A stretch of 63,876 nt of DNA, counting the filler, from Reclinomonas americana ATCC 50394 (lineage: Eukaryota): the NCBI GenBank assembly GCA_048213135.1. It is 16 parts of 16 records of this genome, joined end to end, with 100 filler letters (N's around TTAATTAATTAA, not from the genome) between each part and the next. Parts side by side here need not be neighbours in the genome. Positions count along the whole stretch, not along the records: positions 1 to 2,220 come from AFZH01017851.1; positions 2,321 to 4,136 come from AFZH01017852.1; positions 4,237 to 11,460 come from AFZH01017853.1; positions 11,561 to 14,591 come from AFZH01017854.1; positions 14,692 to 18,287 come from AFZH01017855.1; 11 more parts are not named here. The stretch is one strand, 5' to 3'. Shown in pieces: positions 1-14,893 of this stretch (position 1 is its first letter; each line of letters begins with the position of its first letter). The notes under the pieces are model-generated. The model made no database searches. It was not told where the DNA came from and worked only from the letters and a program-made list of their open reading frames with translations. A program made the translations under genes and the position numbers.

Positions 1-156
<156 letters not shown>

Positions 157-158
157 AC

Positions 159-903
159 CGAGGTGCAGCTCAAACAGATCGTCGAGCGCGCCAGTCGACG
201 TCGACGACCCTCCAAACACATACATGCGCTGATTGTGCACAACTGCCGAGTGCGAGTTGCGCGCAGCCGGAACCTCCCCTCGATCACGCAGCTTGCTCCA
301 CGTCCAATGACCTACATAGCCACACACAAAACACCCTCAGCACACACACACACACACACGCACTCTCTTGTCTCTCTTTCCCTCTCTCTCTCTCTCTCTC
401 ACCAACATCAAGCGCATAAAGATCGTTGAACGCGGAGCCCGAGGCCGGATCTTGCCCGCCAAACACCACCAACTGCACACGCTCTTGCATCACTGCCACC
501 ACACAAGAGTGACCACTGCGCGCACAGGGAGCCACTGTCGCAGTCGCAGATGACACCACGCGACTCCACACTTGCGTGGCTGCGATCGAGGATGACTAGT
601 CAGTGTGTGTGTGTGCGTGTGTGCGTCTCTCTTGTCTATCTACTCACCCAAGTCCAGCTTGTGTACATCACTAAAGGTGTCGCCTGACACGGAGGAGCCC
701 GCAAAGAGCACGAGCGAACCAAGCGAGAAGTGCTGCTGCTCATCGTCTTCATCGTCGTCGTCGTCGCTGCGGTTGTGCGTCAGTTGTTCGCGTGTGAGAA
801 AGGTGAGAGAGTGGCCGCCGCGGTCCGACAGCAGCTCGCTGTCGCCACTGCTGCTGTCGCCAGAGACAGAGGCCAGCACGTCGCTCACGTGCCACTGGCT
901 CAT
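159..903 (-). CDS. Kelch-repeat protein, 5' part (continues beyond the window start)
   Basis: ATG at 903. Spliced exons give kelch motifs: DRGGHSLT...LVLFAGSSVSGDTFSDVHKLDL, ARSGHSCV...VVFGGQDPASGSAFNDLYALDV, and a third repeat. GT-AG introns. Confidence 0.8.
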
Positions 904-977
904 TGAAGAATGGTGGTGTGATGTGGGACAGACAACTGAATTCGCCTCTCGTTTTACTCTCTCTTGTCGTCGTCGCT

Positions 978-3900
978 TCATAGGCCGAGTCGAGCACGCG
1001 CCCACATTAGCCAGAACAACGCGAGCTCGGCCGTAGATTGCACCACCTGCGGTCTTCTGCGCGTGTTGTTACGACCGTCTGCGTCGTCGTCGTCGTCATC
1101 GTCGTCGTCGTCGTCGGAGAAGTCCAGACCGTCTGCGGCTTGCGTTGACTTTTCCTGCAAAGCGAGTCAGCACACCACGAAATACAGAAAAGAACACAGA
1201 ACAAAGGCCAAGAAGCCGAACCAACGCGTGCAGTCTATTGCGCATGGCGTCGATATTGTCGCTTGGCATGCGGACCACGGCAGATGGAAGATGGATCGGC
1301 GCTGGGAACACAAGTGCATTGGCGGCGTCCTCCAGCAGCGCAAGGTCTCGCGGTGAACGTTTCCCGCCAAATGCGGTGGCACCAAGACCTGCCATTGTCG
1401 AGTCTACGAGCCCGTCTGCCACAGCGAACCGAGCCAACTGCTCGCCGACCCACTCTCTGCGGCGACACTTCAGCGACACGAACACTGCACGGCATAAGCA
1501 AAAGGAGTCGATTACCTGTTGCGTGTGACAAAGTCGTATCGCACAGTGTCCAGTGCCGCTCTTGGAGTGAGACCGGTGGACTCTGGCAGGTCCAGCACCG
1601 ACGATCGCGCCGTCATCAGACCGCGCAAAGCTTCGTCCTGCGACAACTGCGACACGGGGGCATTTGAGTACACCAAGCTTGTCCATCACAAGCACAGAGA
1701 CGGAGGAGATACACCACCTTGGAGAACGCAGGAGAAAGGGGATCGCCACCAACGCGCGCGGTGACCGAGCCCATCAGTTGCTCCGTGGCTTTCCCGTCTG
1801 CATACACAAACGTGCCGGCGGCGGGAGCATCATCGTCTGAGAGTGAGAAGCAAAGAGGCAGGTCAGCACCGCGTTCTCATCACCACTCGCCCTGTCGGCA
1901 GCTCACCGGATACATCGGACTCCTCGCCTTCATCAATCGACATAGTCGACGTCTCCACCACCCACAATCGAACAACCTTGCTGAAGAACAGGACGACAAT
2001 CTTCTTGGCCACGTAGAAGAACAGTACCACCAACATCACCACGGCGAAGAAGAGCTGGTCACCGAATGGATTAAACGCTATCCGGTCCACCAATTCCAAG
2101 CCAACAATCGACAACAGCAGTCCGCCAGCCATGAGCGCCGACGTAAAGTAGAACTGTAATGAAGAGTGTGGATCACACTCGTTTTGAACATCCAACAGAC
2201 ATATAAACAAGGCGCCAAATNNNNNNNNNNNNNNNNNNNNNNNNNNNNNNNNNNNNNNNNNNNNTTAATTAATTAANNNNNNNNNNNNNNNNNNNNNNNN
2301 NNNNNNNNNNNNNNNNNNNNGAAATCTAGGCACGAACCTGTGAAGAGAAGCAAAGCTGATCCAGACGCCGCAATTCTGGCTCCACTCGGAAGTCAGTTTC
2401 CTTGTCCGACGCCTTCCACGAACACGAGCGCGTCTCGTACAGATCAAGTTTGATGCGCACGTATTCCAGCAGAGGATACCGATACCACAATTCGATCACA
2501 TTGAGAGTGGCACACTGGATCAGCGGGTGGAAGCCCGTGGCGAACGCGGCAAAGACAATGTACCACAGCCACTGGCTCTCTTGCACCCCGAGCAAATTCG
2601 CAGTGTTGAGATCCGACCGGAAGAACCAAATGAGAGCCTGTCGCTCGTGTAAGTAATTTCAACATATCCTTCTCTCCGTCGCGCTGCTCTTCTAATCACT
2701 CACCACCACTGGTACGTAGAGCAAGGCGCCAATTGAACTTGCTGCCAGAGAGCCCGAAATCTCCGCAGCGTGGCTGATGACCTCAATACGAATAAGGTCC
2801 TTTGGCGGTGGTGTGAGTCTGTCGCCACGCCAACACCGTCTCCATGCCCACACCAGCCACAGTCGATAGTACGGTAGATGCCACACAAAGGAGCTGACGA
2901 GTGGATTGAGAAGGACATGGTTCACCAACTCTGTAAGCTGCATCAAGATGAAGCCTATCAGGAACTGAGTGATGCCGGAGCCTCCTGCGCAATGACAATG
3001 TTGTGAGAATCACAGGACAACGCACAAACATCAACTGCAACCATTCCGTACCTAGCAGCAGCACAAACTGCACTGCGTGAAGCGTGGCAATCATGGGGAT
3101 CACATGGACATCCTCGCGTAGCCACCAACGAAGAAGCTTCGACAACAGTAACTCCACGACTTTAAGGGACACAGCAAGGATGTACAGTGTTTCCTCAAAC
3201 TTCGGCGACATGGCGAACTCGAGCAGAACGGCAGAGAGTAAAACAACCACAAGACTATACATGGCCGTGAAACCCTGTTGCCATCGCGCATATGGCTCCT
3301 CGTCATCGCCATCACCACCACCATCACCGTCGTCACTTGCGTCCAGCTGTTCAAACGGCGGCTGGCCGGAGTACTTGACAGATTGATATACACACACCAT
3401 ACCACCTACAAACATCGCAATCGCCAGTCGCCCAACTGCCCACAAATGCAGCGTAGTTGCCCCTTCGGCGTCGCTGGCAGGCGTATAGTCGTAGGCAGCA
3501 TCGATTGATTTGAACAAGCCAAACGTGAGGTAGAGTGCGTCCCAGTTCAGCAGTAACACCACAGGAACCAACAGACCGAGGACGGTGCCAAGGAGAGACG
3601 ACGGCAGCACAAGCTTGAAGTACGAAATCATCCGGAAAGCGCGGACAGGTCGTACACACAGCAGGGATAGACACCACACAAGCAACGCCACCACCAAAGC
3701 TGCCCCGGCACACATAGTGAACACGGTAACATATGTCAGCGTACCGAATGTCACAGTGTCAAGAATATCGGCAAACTGCAACGGCAGCAGCTCAACCACA
3801 AAGGTGTACGACCGGTCTGCGCGATCACTATCGTAATCCAGGAAATAGATGCTTGCACGTAATATCTGCTTCAGCTGCGATGTCGACTGTGCGTATTCAA

Positions 3901-4136
3901 CCACAAGCCGTACGGTACGAGGGACCAGGGAGGTGGGATGAGTCATGACGCGAACAGGAATCATCGAGTCGGCATTTGCGACAAAGTAATCGCTGCTCGT
4001 TGTATCAACTTCGCCGTCGGAGCTGCGTGCCACCATTACACTGTCCCCGCCACCGTCACTGTCGATTGGCCATCCATAGTACGTGATTCGGTCGGTACCT
4101 CTCAATGCACGAGTGGAATTGCCTCCTGATCCAGAA
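978..4136 (-). CDS. Large uncharacterised multi-pass membrane protein (5' end lost in gap)
   Basis: ORFs 2783-4105, 2692-2946, 2326-2595, 1863-2210, 1096-1752 and 978-1160 join through GT-AG introns and across one gap. Many hydrophobic segments, then an acidic C-terminal tail ending ...ARARLGL-TGA at 978. Confidence 0.7.
2221..2320. other. Artificial scaffold gap spacer (first of 15)
   Basis: N44-TTAATTAATTAA-N44, with stops in all six frames. Others start at 4137, 11461, 14592, 18288, 21679, 27421, 35898, 37278, 39098, 42592, 46799, 58872, 61612 and 62770. Confidence 0.97.
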
Positions 4137-4236
4137 NNNNNNNNNNNNNNNNNNNNNNNNNNNNNNNNNNNNNNNNNNNNTTAATTAATTAANNNNNNNN
4201 NNNNNNNNNNNNNNNNNNNNNNNNNNNNNNNNNNNN

Positions 4237-4643
4237 ACACACAACACACGGACCACTGTGGCCGCTGGAGCGTCTGTGGCGGTGGCTCAGAAGAACACCG
4301 CCACCGCCAGATCTGGTGCGTTGCTCTCACTGTGTCACGATCGTCGTGCGTCCCTCATAGTTCGACAGCCCCTGCAACGTGTTGGCGACTCGCCTTTCCT
4401 CAAGCACCGACTCAATGTGTTTGTCAAGCACTCGCGCGATGGAGTGGTGTGTCACGCCTCTCTGCATGTGCTTGCTTTCGTCCTCGCTGACGCGTGTGCG
4501 TGCAGCACGAACTGTCGCCCGCCGACGCCAAGCACGCTGAGCTGAGGAGACACATGAAGGAGAAGCTGCTGGGAGACGATCCGTTGCTCTCGTCGACAGA
4601 CGAGGATGACGAGGAGAAAGAAGCTACACGGAACCGGAGGTAG
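4237..4643 (+). CDS. 3' end of a hypothetical protein
   Basis: Three exons join in frame (RQPLQRVGDSPFLKHRLNVFVKHSRDGV|HELSPADAKHAELRRHMKEKLLG...RNRR-TAG). No recognisable family. Confidence 0.5.
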
Positions 4644-4706
4644 TAGCGTGTTGTGTATCGATTTGCAGCGCGCGCGCCGTGGTAAACTCGACGCTGTGTG
4701 CTGCTG

Positions 4707-6456
<1,750 letters not shown>

Positions 6457-7136
6457 GAGTTCGCCCAATTGAAGTGACGCGGGGTTCTGACCAGTGGACC
6501 AATCGATGCGCACACCGATCGCGGTTTGCAGCGACGATACTGATGTATACAAGCGCTCGCTTTCTTCTTGTTGTATGAATAGCAGAAGCATGCGTTGCTG
6601 TGAAGGCGATGGTGAGCTCCGACAACTCACATGTTCGATCTATCGTTCGGATTTGAACCAGTTTTCGAATAAACGAGTCGTCGTGAAGTCGAACTTGCTA
6701 CAATGGAGCAAAGCCTCTGCCGCTGCAACTGCATGCAAGCAGAGACACGCAGACAGATGCTGGTGCAGGTGCTGCGCGTCGAATCAAGCGGGTTTTGCAG
6801 GATTTCGAATTTCGAATTCAGTCCCCCGCACGCCCGCGAGCTCAGCGTTCTCCTGCAGACCTGCAGATGCAGTGTGAGCCTGCTTGTGACCGCTTTCCCT
6901 CATCTGCTGTCGCCTGCTTGCATTCGTGCGAGGCTCCACGCGCAGTTTTTGCGACAACTTCGCGTGGACAGGACCACCTGCAGCATCGCCAGCAGCTCCA
7001 CAGTTCTGCCACCATAAAACGAAGCATCACCTACCGCATCGCATCGTTTAAAGCCTCGTACCCGACTTCCAACACAAAGAAAACGCTGTCCCACCACCAG
7101 TGAGTGAGTCCCGCGCTCACAACACGCACGCAAAGC

Positions 7137-10100
7137 ATGTCTCGTCGATACGAGATGCACGATCGCCGGCATGGTGACGGTGGCGACGGTGGTGGCGGCA
7201 GTGGCAGTGGTGATCACCACTCACGTGGACCGCGGCAGTACAACGAAGGACGGCGATGTTGCGTGTGGACATTACGCACCCGTCTCTTCTTCTTTCTCTC
7301 CCTCACCCTCTCTGTCTCTCTCTACATCCCACTTCGACAAGTCGCACATCTCTCTTCTGTGGTCTCGTCGCTTTTCGTTGTCTCTCAACAAGAGTCCACT
7401 TGTCTCACGACTTTTTCATGCAAAATCCATGCACAGCGTGGGGTGGTGGTGGCGATGATGCGCGTCACTATCAACCGCGTGGTGGTCGCGGTGGTTACCG
7501 CGCACGAGGAGGCCCGCGTGGTGGAGGTTTGCCGCACACATCACTTTTTTGTCGCCCATCAAAGTGTGCATTCAAGTCGTTGCGCAGGTCGCCCGGGAGA
7601 CCGACGCAGCTATGATGGCGGCGGCGGTGGTGGTGGTGGTCACTATCGTCCAAGGGAGGAGCCTCTGCCGCCACCTCCTCACGAGATCGAGCTCGACAAC
7701 ATTCGCAATGTGCTGGTCGGCATTGGCGATGTGGGTGCGCATGCGGTGGACGAGCAGCTGTCGGCGCTGGCGGACTTCCTGCTGGATCAGCCCGCGGATA
7801 ATCACGACGATATAATTTACCTGTTGCTGCGATGGTGTGTGTGTGCGCGCGCGATGAGTGTGGGCGCATGTGCTCATTCTGCGTGCAGCATCGACGAGCT
7901 GTCGACCAAGACGCCGATCTACGGCACGCTGATCGGGCTGATGCACCGAACGGACCCTGGCTTTACTGAGCGGCTGTTGCGGCGATTGGTGAGCGGCCTG
8001 CGTCGGCACTGGCAGAGGGGGCGGTGGCTGCAGGCGAAGAACTCGGTGCGCTTTGTGTGCGAGCTCGCCAACTCGTGCGTGGTGCGCGAGTCGGATGTGC
8101 TGCGGATGCTGGTCATGTTCGCCGATGAGGCACGCAAGGAGGGTGTGCGACGCGAGCGAGCCGACTACTTTATGCTGCTGCTGCTGTCTGCGTTGCCGTG
8201 GGTTGCGTAATCTGCATGCTTGTTTTCTGTCGTCTGGATGCCGTGACTGACTCGCCACGCTGTGCAGGTTGGCAAGACCTTGTACAGTGGAAAGAAGGCC
8301 GACCTGCTGGATCTGATTACGGGTGTGACGGCGTACATGGACGCACGCGCAAAGGACGTGGACCAGTCGGCGCTGGCCATTTTCAAGAATGACGGAGTTG
8401 CGCCAGAGTCTCTCTGCTCGTGTGCGCAGTTGTCGTCACTCATATTTGTTCGATTGCAGAGAGAGTCGTACGACATGCTGGCGTATGTGTGGGGCTGCAT
8501 TAGGGTGCTGCGACAGCGCGACTGGCAAGTGGCGACCACCTTGCAGCCGTACAAGGCGCGCATGGCCGAGTTGCACAAGCTGCACCCGATCGAGTTGCCG
8601 GAGATTGTGATTCCAGCGGATGTGCGTTGTGATTGCGGTTGACTGAATCGAGTTGTGCGTCGTGGCTGATGATGTTGGGTGTGTGTTATTCGCAGGATCC
8701 CTCTGCACAATACCCCGTGTGTCGATCGCAATTGTGGCTGTTTCCGGTGTCGGAGAAGATTGCACTGCCAGGTGAGTTGGTGGTGGAGATTAATTGCAGA
8801 CGCTGCCTTCATGGCGAGCTCACGAGCCATTGGTCGCCTTGCACATGCGCAGTGGACGAGGACATGGTGCGCACAGAGTTGGACCCGGATCTCTTGGTCG
8901 CACGCGAGTACATTGTGGAGACGCTGTACTTTTTCAACGCCACCCCCGACGAGTGCGTCCGCCGCCTCGCAGCACTCCCACTCAACTTTGAATATCGCCT
9001 GTTGTTGATTGAGGTGTGTGTTGGTTGTACAAAAACACTCGCTGTTCCCCCTAAATCTGAACCGCATCTGCAGACGCTGATTGGCGAAGTCCTGCGATTG
9101 CCGGTGCCACCTTTCCGCATGCCGTACTACACGCTGCTGATGGTGGCGCTCACCAAGGCCGATGCGGGTCTGGCGCCCATGGTGAGTCTGCTTGCGCATT
9201 ACGTCGTCATCCTGCCGCATGCTGAAACATCGGTGTGCTGCGGTGCAGTTTGGTCGTGCCATTAACAGAATTGCGGCGCGGGCGGACGACATGGACTTGG
9301 AGTGCATCGATCGTTTCGCGTCGTGGTTTGCACAGTACATTTCCAACTTTGCGTTCCAGTGGATGTTCACCGCCGACTGGTAACGAACTGCACGCGCATT
9401 TCCTATTCCCACCGGCCTCGTGGCTCATTAGCAACGCGCGCGTGCGCAGGGTGTCGTTTGCGGAGGAGCTAGCATTGTCGCCACGACGGTACACGCTGCA
9501 GCAGGTGATTGACAACTTTGTACGCCTGTCGTTTGCGGAGCGCATCCGGGAGATACTGCCGGCGGCGCTGCACGAGTTTGTGGCCGCGGAACCTGCGCCG
9601 CTGTTCTCGTACGCCGAAGAAGGTTTGCCGCGTGTGCACGAGCATGTGTCGATTCATAACTTCTCATCGCGTGACAGAGGTGGCCGGTTCGCGTGTGGCG
9701 AATCAACTGGAGGAGATGTTCAAGCGCAAGGCCCCGGCCGACGCGGTGTTGGCGTTCTTCAGAAAAATCGCCGGCGAGCGCGTAGAGGAGATGGAGGAGG
9801 ACGGCGACGATGCCAGCGCTGCTGCCGCCGCTGCTGAAGTACCCGAGCCGGACGAGCTGATCGAGAGTGAGCAGGAACGTGTGCGGCTCTTTACGCAGTG
9901 CCTGTTGCTGTTTGGCAGCCGCAGCTTGACGCACACTGTGACGGTGTTGGAGCGGTACCGCGCAGTGTTTGCTGAGATGTGCTCACACGGCATGGCCTGT
10001 CGCACATCGGCTCTGATGGCAGTTGCCGAGGTGTGGGCGCTGTCCACTCAAGTTGCGTGCCCATGCAGATGCACACGCGCATTATCATCGTGGAACACCT

Positions 10101-11009
10101 CTCATTTCTCTTGCACAGTACATTACAATTGTCGTGGATCGACTGCTGACGTACATGATTGTCGACTGCTCGGCCATCATCCACTGGCTCTTCTCGGAGG
10201 AGATGGCGCCGATGTTTGAGCAGTTTTGTGCCTCGTCGTTGTCTTTCTTCCACCTCTCACATTGCTCGGCTCATGGTGCTGCTGTTGTCGCAGAGGTTTC
10301 ATGTGGGAGATTATGCGCGACACCTTCTACAAGTCGGTGGCGCGCATCGATGTGGTGGCCAGTGATTTGGCCAAGGCCGAGAAGCTCTTGCATCGCGAAC
10401 ACAGGAAAGCTGCCCGTCATGGTCGGTCGTCTCCTCCCGCGTCGGACTCCGCGCCGTCGTCAGGCGACGAGGCTGTCGACGAGGGCGGGCGTGCCGATGA
10501 GAGCCTCGAGGACCGCATTGAGCGCATTCGTGCCACGCTGGAGCAGGTCAAGCGTGAGCAGCGCGACATGTTCCTCATCCTGTTCCAGGTACAACAACAA
10601 AGCAAGAGCGCCGCTGTGTGTTGTCACTTTGCCGTCGTGCGCTGACACTTTCTCTTTTAGCGCTTCACGATGAGCGTGGATCGACGCATCTCGGAGGGTG
10701 CCGACGATGCGTGGGTGACGTACACGCTGCAGCGCATGAAGGAATTCGGTCGCAAAGTTACGCCCGCTCAGTGTAGCACGAGCGGCCTGCGCACTCGATC
10801 GTTCTGACTGACCTCGGTGAGCTGCACAGTTCCGCGCCGAGATCGGCTCGTACCTGCGCACCCTCGGCGAAGTTGTCTTTACCAGCGAAGTCGATCCGGC
10901 CATTCGCGACGAATTCAATCGGTGGCGTGACATTTACACGGAGCGCACGCTGTCGCTGTCGGGTCTGCACACAACGTCCAAGTTGCTGAGTTGCTTCCCC
11001 AACATGTGA
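7137..11009 (+). CDS. NCBP1: Nuclear cap-binding protein subunit 1 (CBP80)
   Basis: MIF4G-like motifs ELSTKTPIYGTLIGLM, VRFVCELANSCVV, ERADYFMLLLLSALPW, YRLLLIETLIGEVLRLP, DMDLECIDRFASWFAQYISNFAFQW, LLFGSRSLTH, IVVDRLL. About 14 introns, stop TGA 11007-11009. Confidence 0.92.
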
Positions 11010-11100
11010 AATGAAAAAAAGCAACAACGTCGATGTCAACTCCGCAACGGTGCGTCCTGTGATCAAACGAATCATTTTTTGAGGAGAAGAAGAAGAAGAT

Positions 11101-14100
11101 ATGTCTGCGCAGCATCGTTTGTCTGTGTTGGAGAAGCACTTGAACCCCGTCGGTGCGGGAGGCTCGCGCTCTGCGGAGGAGGAAGAGAGGGTTGTCGCGG
11201 CTCCCATGGCCGCGGAGATTGATGCCGGAGTTGGCGAGGATGAGGATGGAGAGGAGCATGTTGACACGGGTATGTCTTTGCACACACGCACACGCACGCA
11301 CAGAGGGGAGAGAGAGTGAGAGAGTGAGAGAGTGCGAGAGATGCAGTCACAGGGAGCGAGACGCACACACTGCAGTGCGTTGTGTGCTTGCCTTGCGCTC
11401 TCCCTGCGTATGCGTGTGCGTGAAAGAGAGAGAGAGAGAGAGGAGAAAGAAGGGCGAGGANNNNNNNNNNNNNNNNNNNNNNNNNNNNNNNNNNNNNNNN
11501 NNNNTTAATTAATTAANNNNNNNNNNNNNNNNNNNNNNNNNNNNNNNNNNNNNNNNNNNNCTCGTTCTCTGTCAAGCGCTTGCAGGGCCTGTTTGCGTCC
11601 GAGTACCCCGAACTGCGTGTGGCCATGCTCAAGTTGCGTCGTTCTGCATCTCCCTCTCTTGTATCCCAACGTGATGTGTGACTGGTATGCGGGCAGTTTG
11701 TTCCGTGAGCCGATCTTTGCGCCGCGCTACGACCTGGGCTACCAGCAGTTCCGCGAGGTACATCTTGCTGTTTGCTCCCTCTCTTCCTCTCCATCAAGTC
11801 TGAACCCTGTTGCTTCCTCCCGCTGCAGTTGACGCTGCAACGGTGCAAGCGTGTGGCCGCGAGCGGTCTCATCAACCTCCGTGACTACAAGAAGGAGCCT
11901 CTGCGGTACCTCTCTGGTCTGGAGTATGCGGCACTCGTCGACTCGTCGATGGCCACCAAGCTCGGCGTGCAGTTCTCGCTGTTTGGCGGCTCGGTGCTGT
12001 CGCTCGGCTCCGAGCGTCACGATCACCTGGTCGACGACATTGGCGCGCTGCGGCTGCCGGGCGTGTTTGCGCTGACGGAGTTGGGCCATGGCTCGAACGT
12101 GCGTGGTATTGAGACCACGGCCGTGTACGACCACGCCACGCAGGAGTTTGTCATCAACACTCCGAATGAGACGGTTCGTGTGTGTGCATTGTACAAAGTG
12201 CTTGTGAAGATTCTGACATCGCTTGCGACGTTTGCAGGCGCAAAAGTGCTGGCTCGGCAACGCCGCCAAGCACGGCGTGATGGCCACCGTGTTTGCGCAG
12301 CTGACGCTCGGGGGCGAGGACAAGGGCATCCATGCGTTCTTGGTGCCGATCCGCAACGCCGACACGATGGAGCCGGTGCCGGGTGTGCGCATTGCCGACA
12401 ATGGCGCAAAAATGGGCCTCAACGGTGTCGACAACGGTCGCCTGTGGTTCGACAATGTGCGCATTCCGCGCGAGAACCTACTGAACAAGTTCATGGACGT
12501 GGACGCCAACGGCAACTACGTCACGGCGCTGGCGAGTGCCGATCTGCGCTTTGCCACCATGATTGGTGAGTGGCGACCCTTGCACTCTCTGTTCCACTCC
12601 GTTTCTCACCTGTGGCATCGGTGCAGGCGAGCTGGTGGGTGGACGTCTGGCAATCTCTGGTGGATCGCAGACGCTGTGCAAGGCGGCACTGACCATTGCC
12701 ATCAAGTACGGCTCCACTCGCCGCCAGTTTGGCATGCCGGGCGAACCGGAGACGTTCATTCTGGACTACAAGACGCACCAGATGCGCCTGTTCCCGCAAC
12801 TGGCCAAGACCTACGCGTACCACTTTTTGTTTGCCGACGCCGCCGTCAAGTACGCCAACCGCTCGCCGGCGACTATGAAGGAGGTGGGTGGAGGTTGTAG
12901 TGGCGGAGGCGGTGGTGCGATGTGATGCGCGAATCTCATCGTGGTGATGACTGCAGGTGCACGTGCTGTGTGCCGGTCTCAAGCCGCTGACCACGTGGCA
13001 CAAGGTCGACACGCTGCAGAATGCTCGCGAGTGCTGCGGTGGCATGGGCTTCCTGGCCGCCAACCGCATCGGACCGTACAAGACCGACACGGATGTGGAG
13101 CAGACCTATGAGGGTGACAATGGTGCGAAGGGGAAAAACCGTTGATTTTCTTGAAGATAATTTGGCTGACTCGATCGTCCCCGCGCAGTGGTGTTGCTGC
13201 AGCAAGTGACGCGCTCGCTGCTGTCGGACCTCAAGCGCGACATGCGCTCTGGTGGCAAGCTGTCGGCCGTGCTGAAGGTGGCCGAGCACGAGTTCTGGCC
13301 GTACCTGCACGACAAGAACCCGGTCAAGCGCCGCATGCTCAGCGATGTGCGTCACCACCACTTCTCCTTCCCCTTTTGTAGTTGGTACTCACATTAGTGT
13401 TGTTGGCACAGGAAAAGACCAGCGACCCGCGATTCTACCAGCGTGCGTTCGAGTACCGTCAGTTCAAGATGCTGATGAAGCTGGCGGCCAAGTTGGAGAA
13501 GTTGTCGGCGTCGCGACAAATGACGCCGCTGGAGGCGTGGAACAACTGCCTCGACCTGGTCATTGACACGGCCCTGGCGTACATGCACAAGTTGGTGTTG
13601 GAGAAGGTTTGTGCATGTGCGTGCAGCTGATTGCGTGTCATGACACTCACCCTTTCTGATGCAGTTCCTGGAGGGCATTGAGAAGGCACATGCTGGCGAC
13701 CGCGACATGCTGCGCGTGCTGTGCTCGCTATACTCACTCAACTACCTGGAGGAGAACATGGGCTGGTACCTGTCGAACAAGTACTTTGCGCCGAGCAAGG
13801 CCGACGCCATCCACGAGCAGATTCTGCGCCTGTACGACGTGATCCGCCCGGTGGCAGTGGACCTGTGCAACGGTTTTGGCTTGCCGGAGGACCTCATCGG
13901 TGCTCCGATTCTCGGCGATTGGGTCGAGGCCATGTCGTGCGTGCACACACTGCTGCTGCTGCTGCTCCCTCCCTTGTGTTTCAGTCGTCTGACTTGCGTG
14001 TGCGATAACAGGTGGCACAACACACCCGAGGCCAAGGCCGCGTCAGGGTCGTCGTCGTCCTCATCTGGCACTGCAGCCGCCCCGTCTGCATTCGACATGT

Positions 14101-14120
14101 CACGCGCCTCACGCAAGTGA
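11101..14120 (+). CDS. Peroxisomal acyl-CoA oxidase with N-terminal PTS2
   Basis: [83 protein letters not shown]. The N-terminus has RLSVLEKHL. Spans one gap. Confidence 0.93.
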
Positions 14121-14302
14121 GCAGAGAGACGCGTGCGCAACCACACACGCCGGTTTTTTTGTTGTTGTTGCATCACCCAAGGATTGTATTGTTTTTTCCG
14201 TATCTCTCGTCGGCTGCGCGCACACCGCTGCCGTCCCCCAGCCACCTCACTGTGAAACGTGTATATTGTATGCGTCGCCAAAAAAAGCATGGACCTCCCC
14301 GC

Positions 14303-14411
14303 TTATTTGCCCTTCTTGAGCACGTGGATCTCGTCGAGAATGTGCTGGTGCTTTTGCAGGATGCGCTGCACCAACACCAGAATGCTGCAGGCGCATGTCA
14401 AATCGCATCGC

Positions 14412-14466
<55 letters not shown>

Positions 14467-14796
14467 GACACTACGTCGACGACGACGACGAGGCGTCGGA
14501 CGGAGGGTACGGAACTAACGTAACCGTAAACGGTTCGGCGGTCGGTCGGGACCGTACGGTTGGTAGGTAGGGAAGGAAAGGAAGGAAGGGANNNNNNNNN
14601 NNNNNNNNNNNNNNNNNNNNNNNNNNNNNNNNNNNTTAATTAATTAANNNNNNNNNNNNNNNNNNNNNNNNNNNNNNNNNNNNNNNNNNNNTAACGGTAA
14701 CGGTAACGGTTAACGGAAACCGGTTAAGGAACCGTAAACGTAACTACGAACCTAACCGTAAACGTTAAGTACCGTACGTCGACTATCACTACTCTA

Positions 14797-14893
<97 letters not shown>

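Noticed and set aside
2664..2672. ATATCCTT, a U12-type donor motif
   Set aside because: It is on the plus strand while the host gene is on the minus strand. No U12-type intron was needed in any gene model.
14100..14130. Cryptic PTS1 on acyl-CoA oxidase by readthrough or splicing at the GTGAGC overlapping the stop
   Set aside because: Neither readthrough nor the available acceptor yields an SKL-like end.
14467..14790. Odd quasi-periodic sequence (TAACCGTAAACGGTTCGG..., also 42552-42591 and 61692-61760)
   Set aside because: Occurs only at contig ends after microsatellites and cycles through T-A-C-G, typical of dephased pyrosequencing reads.
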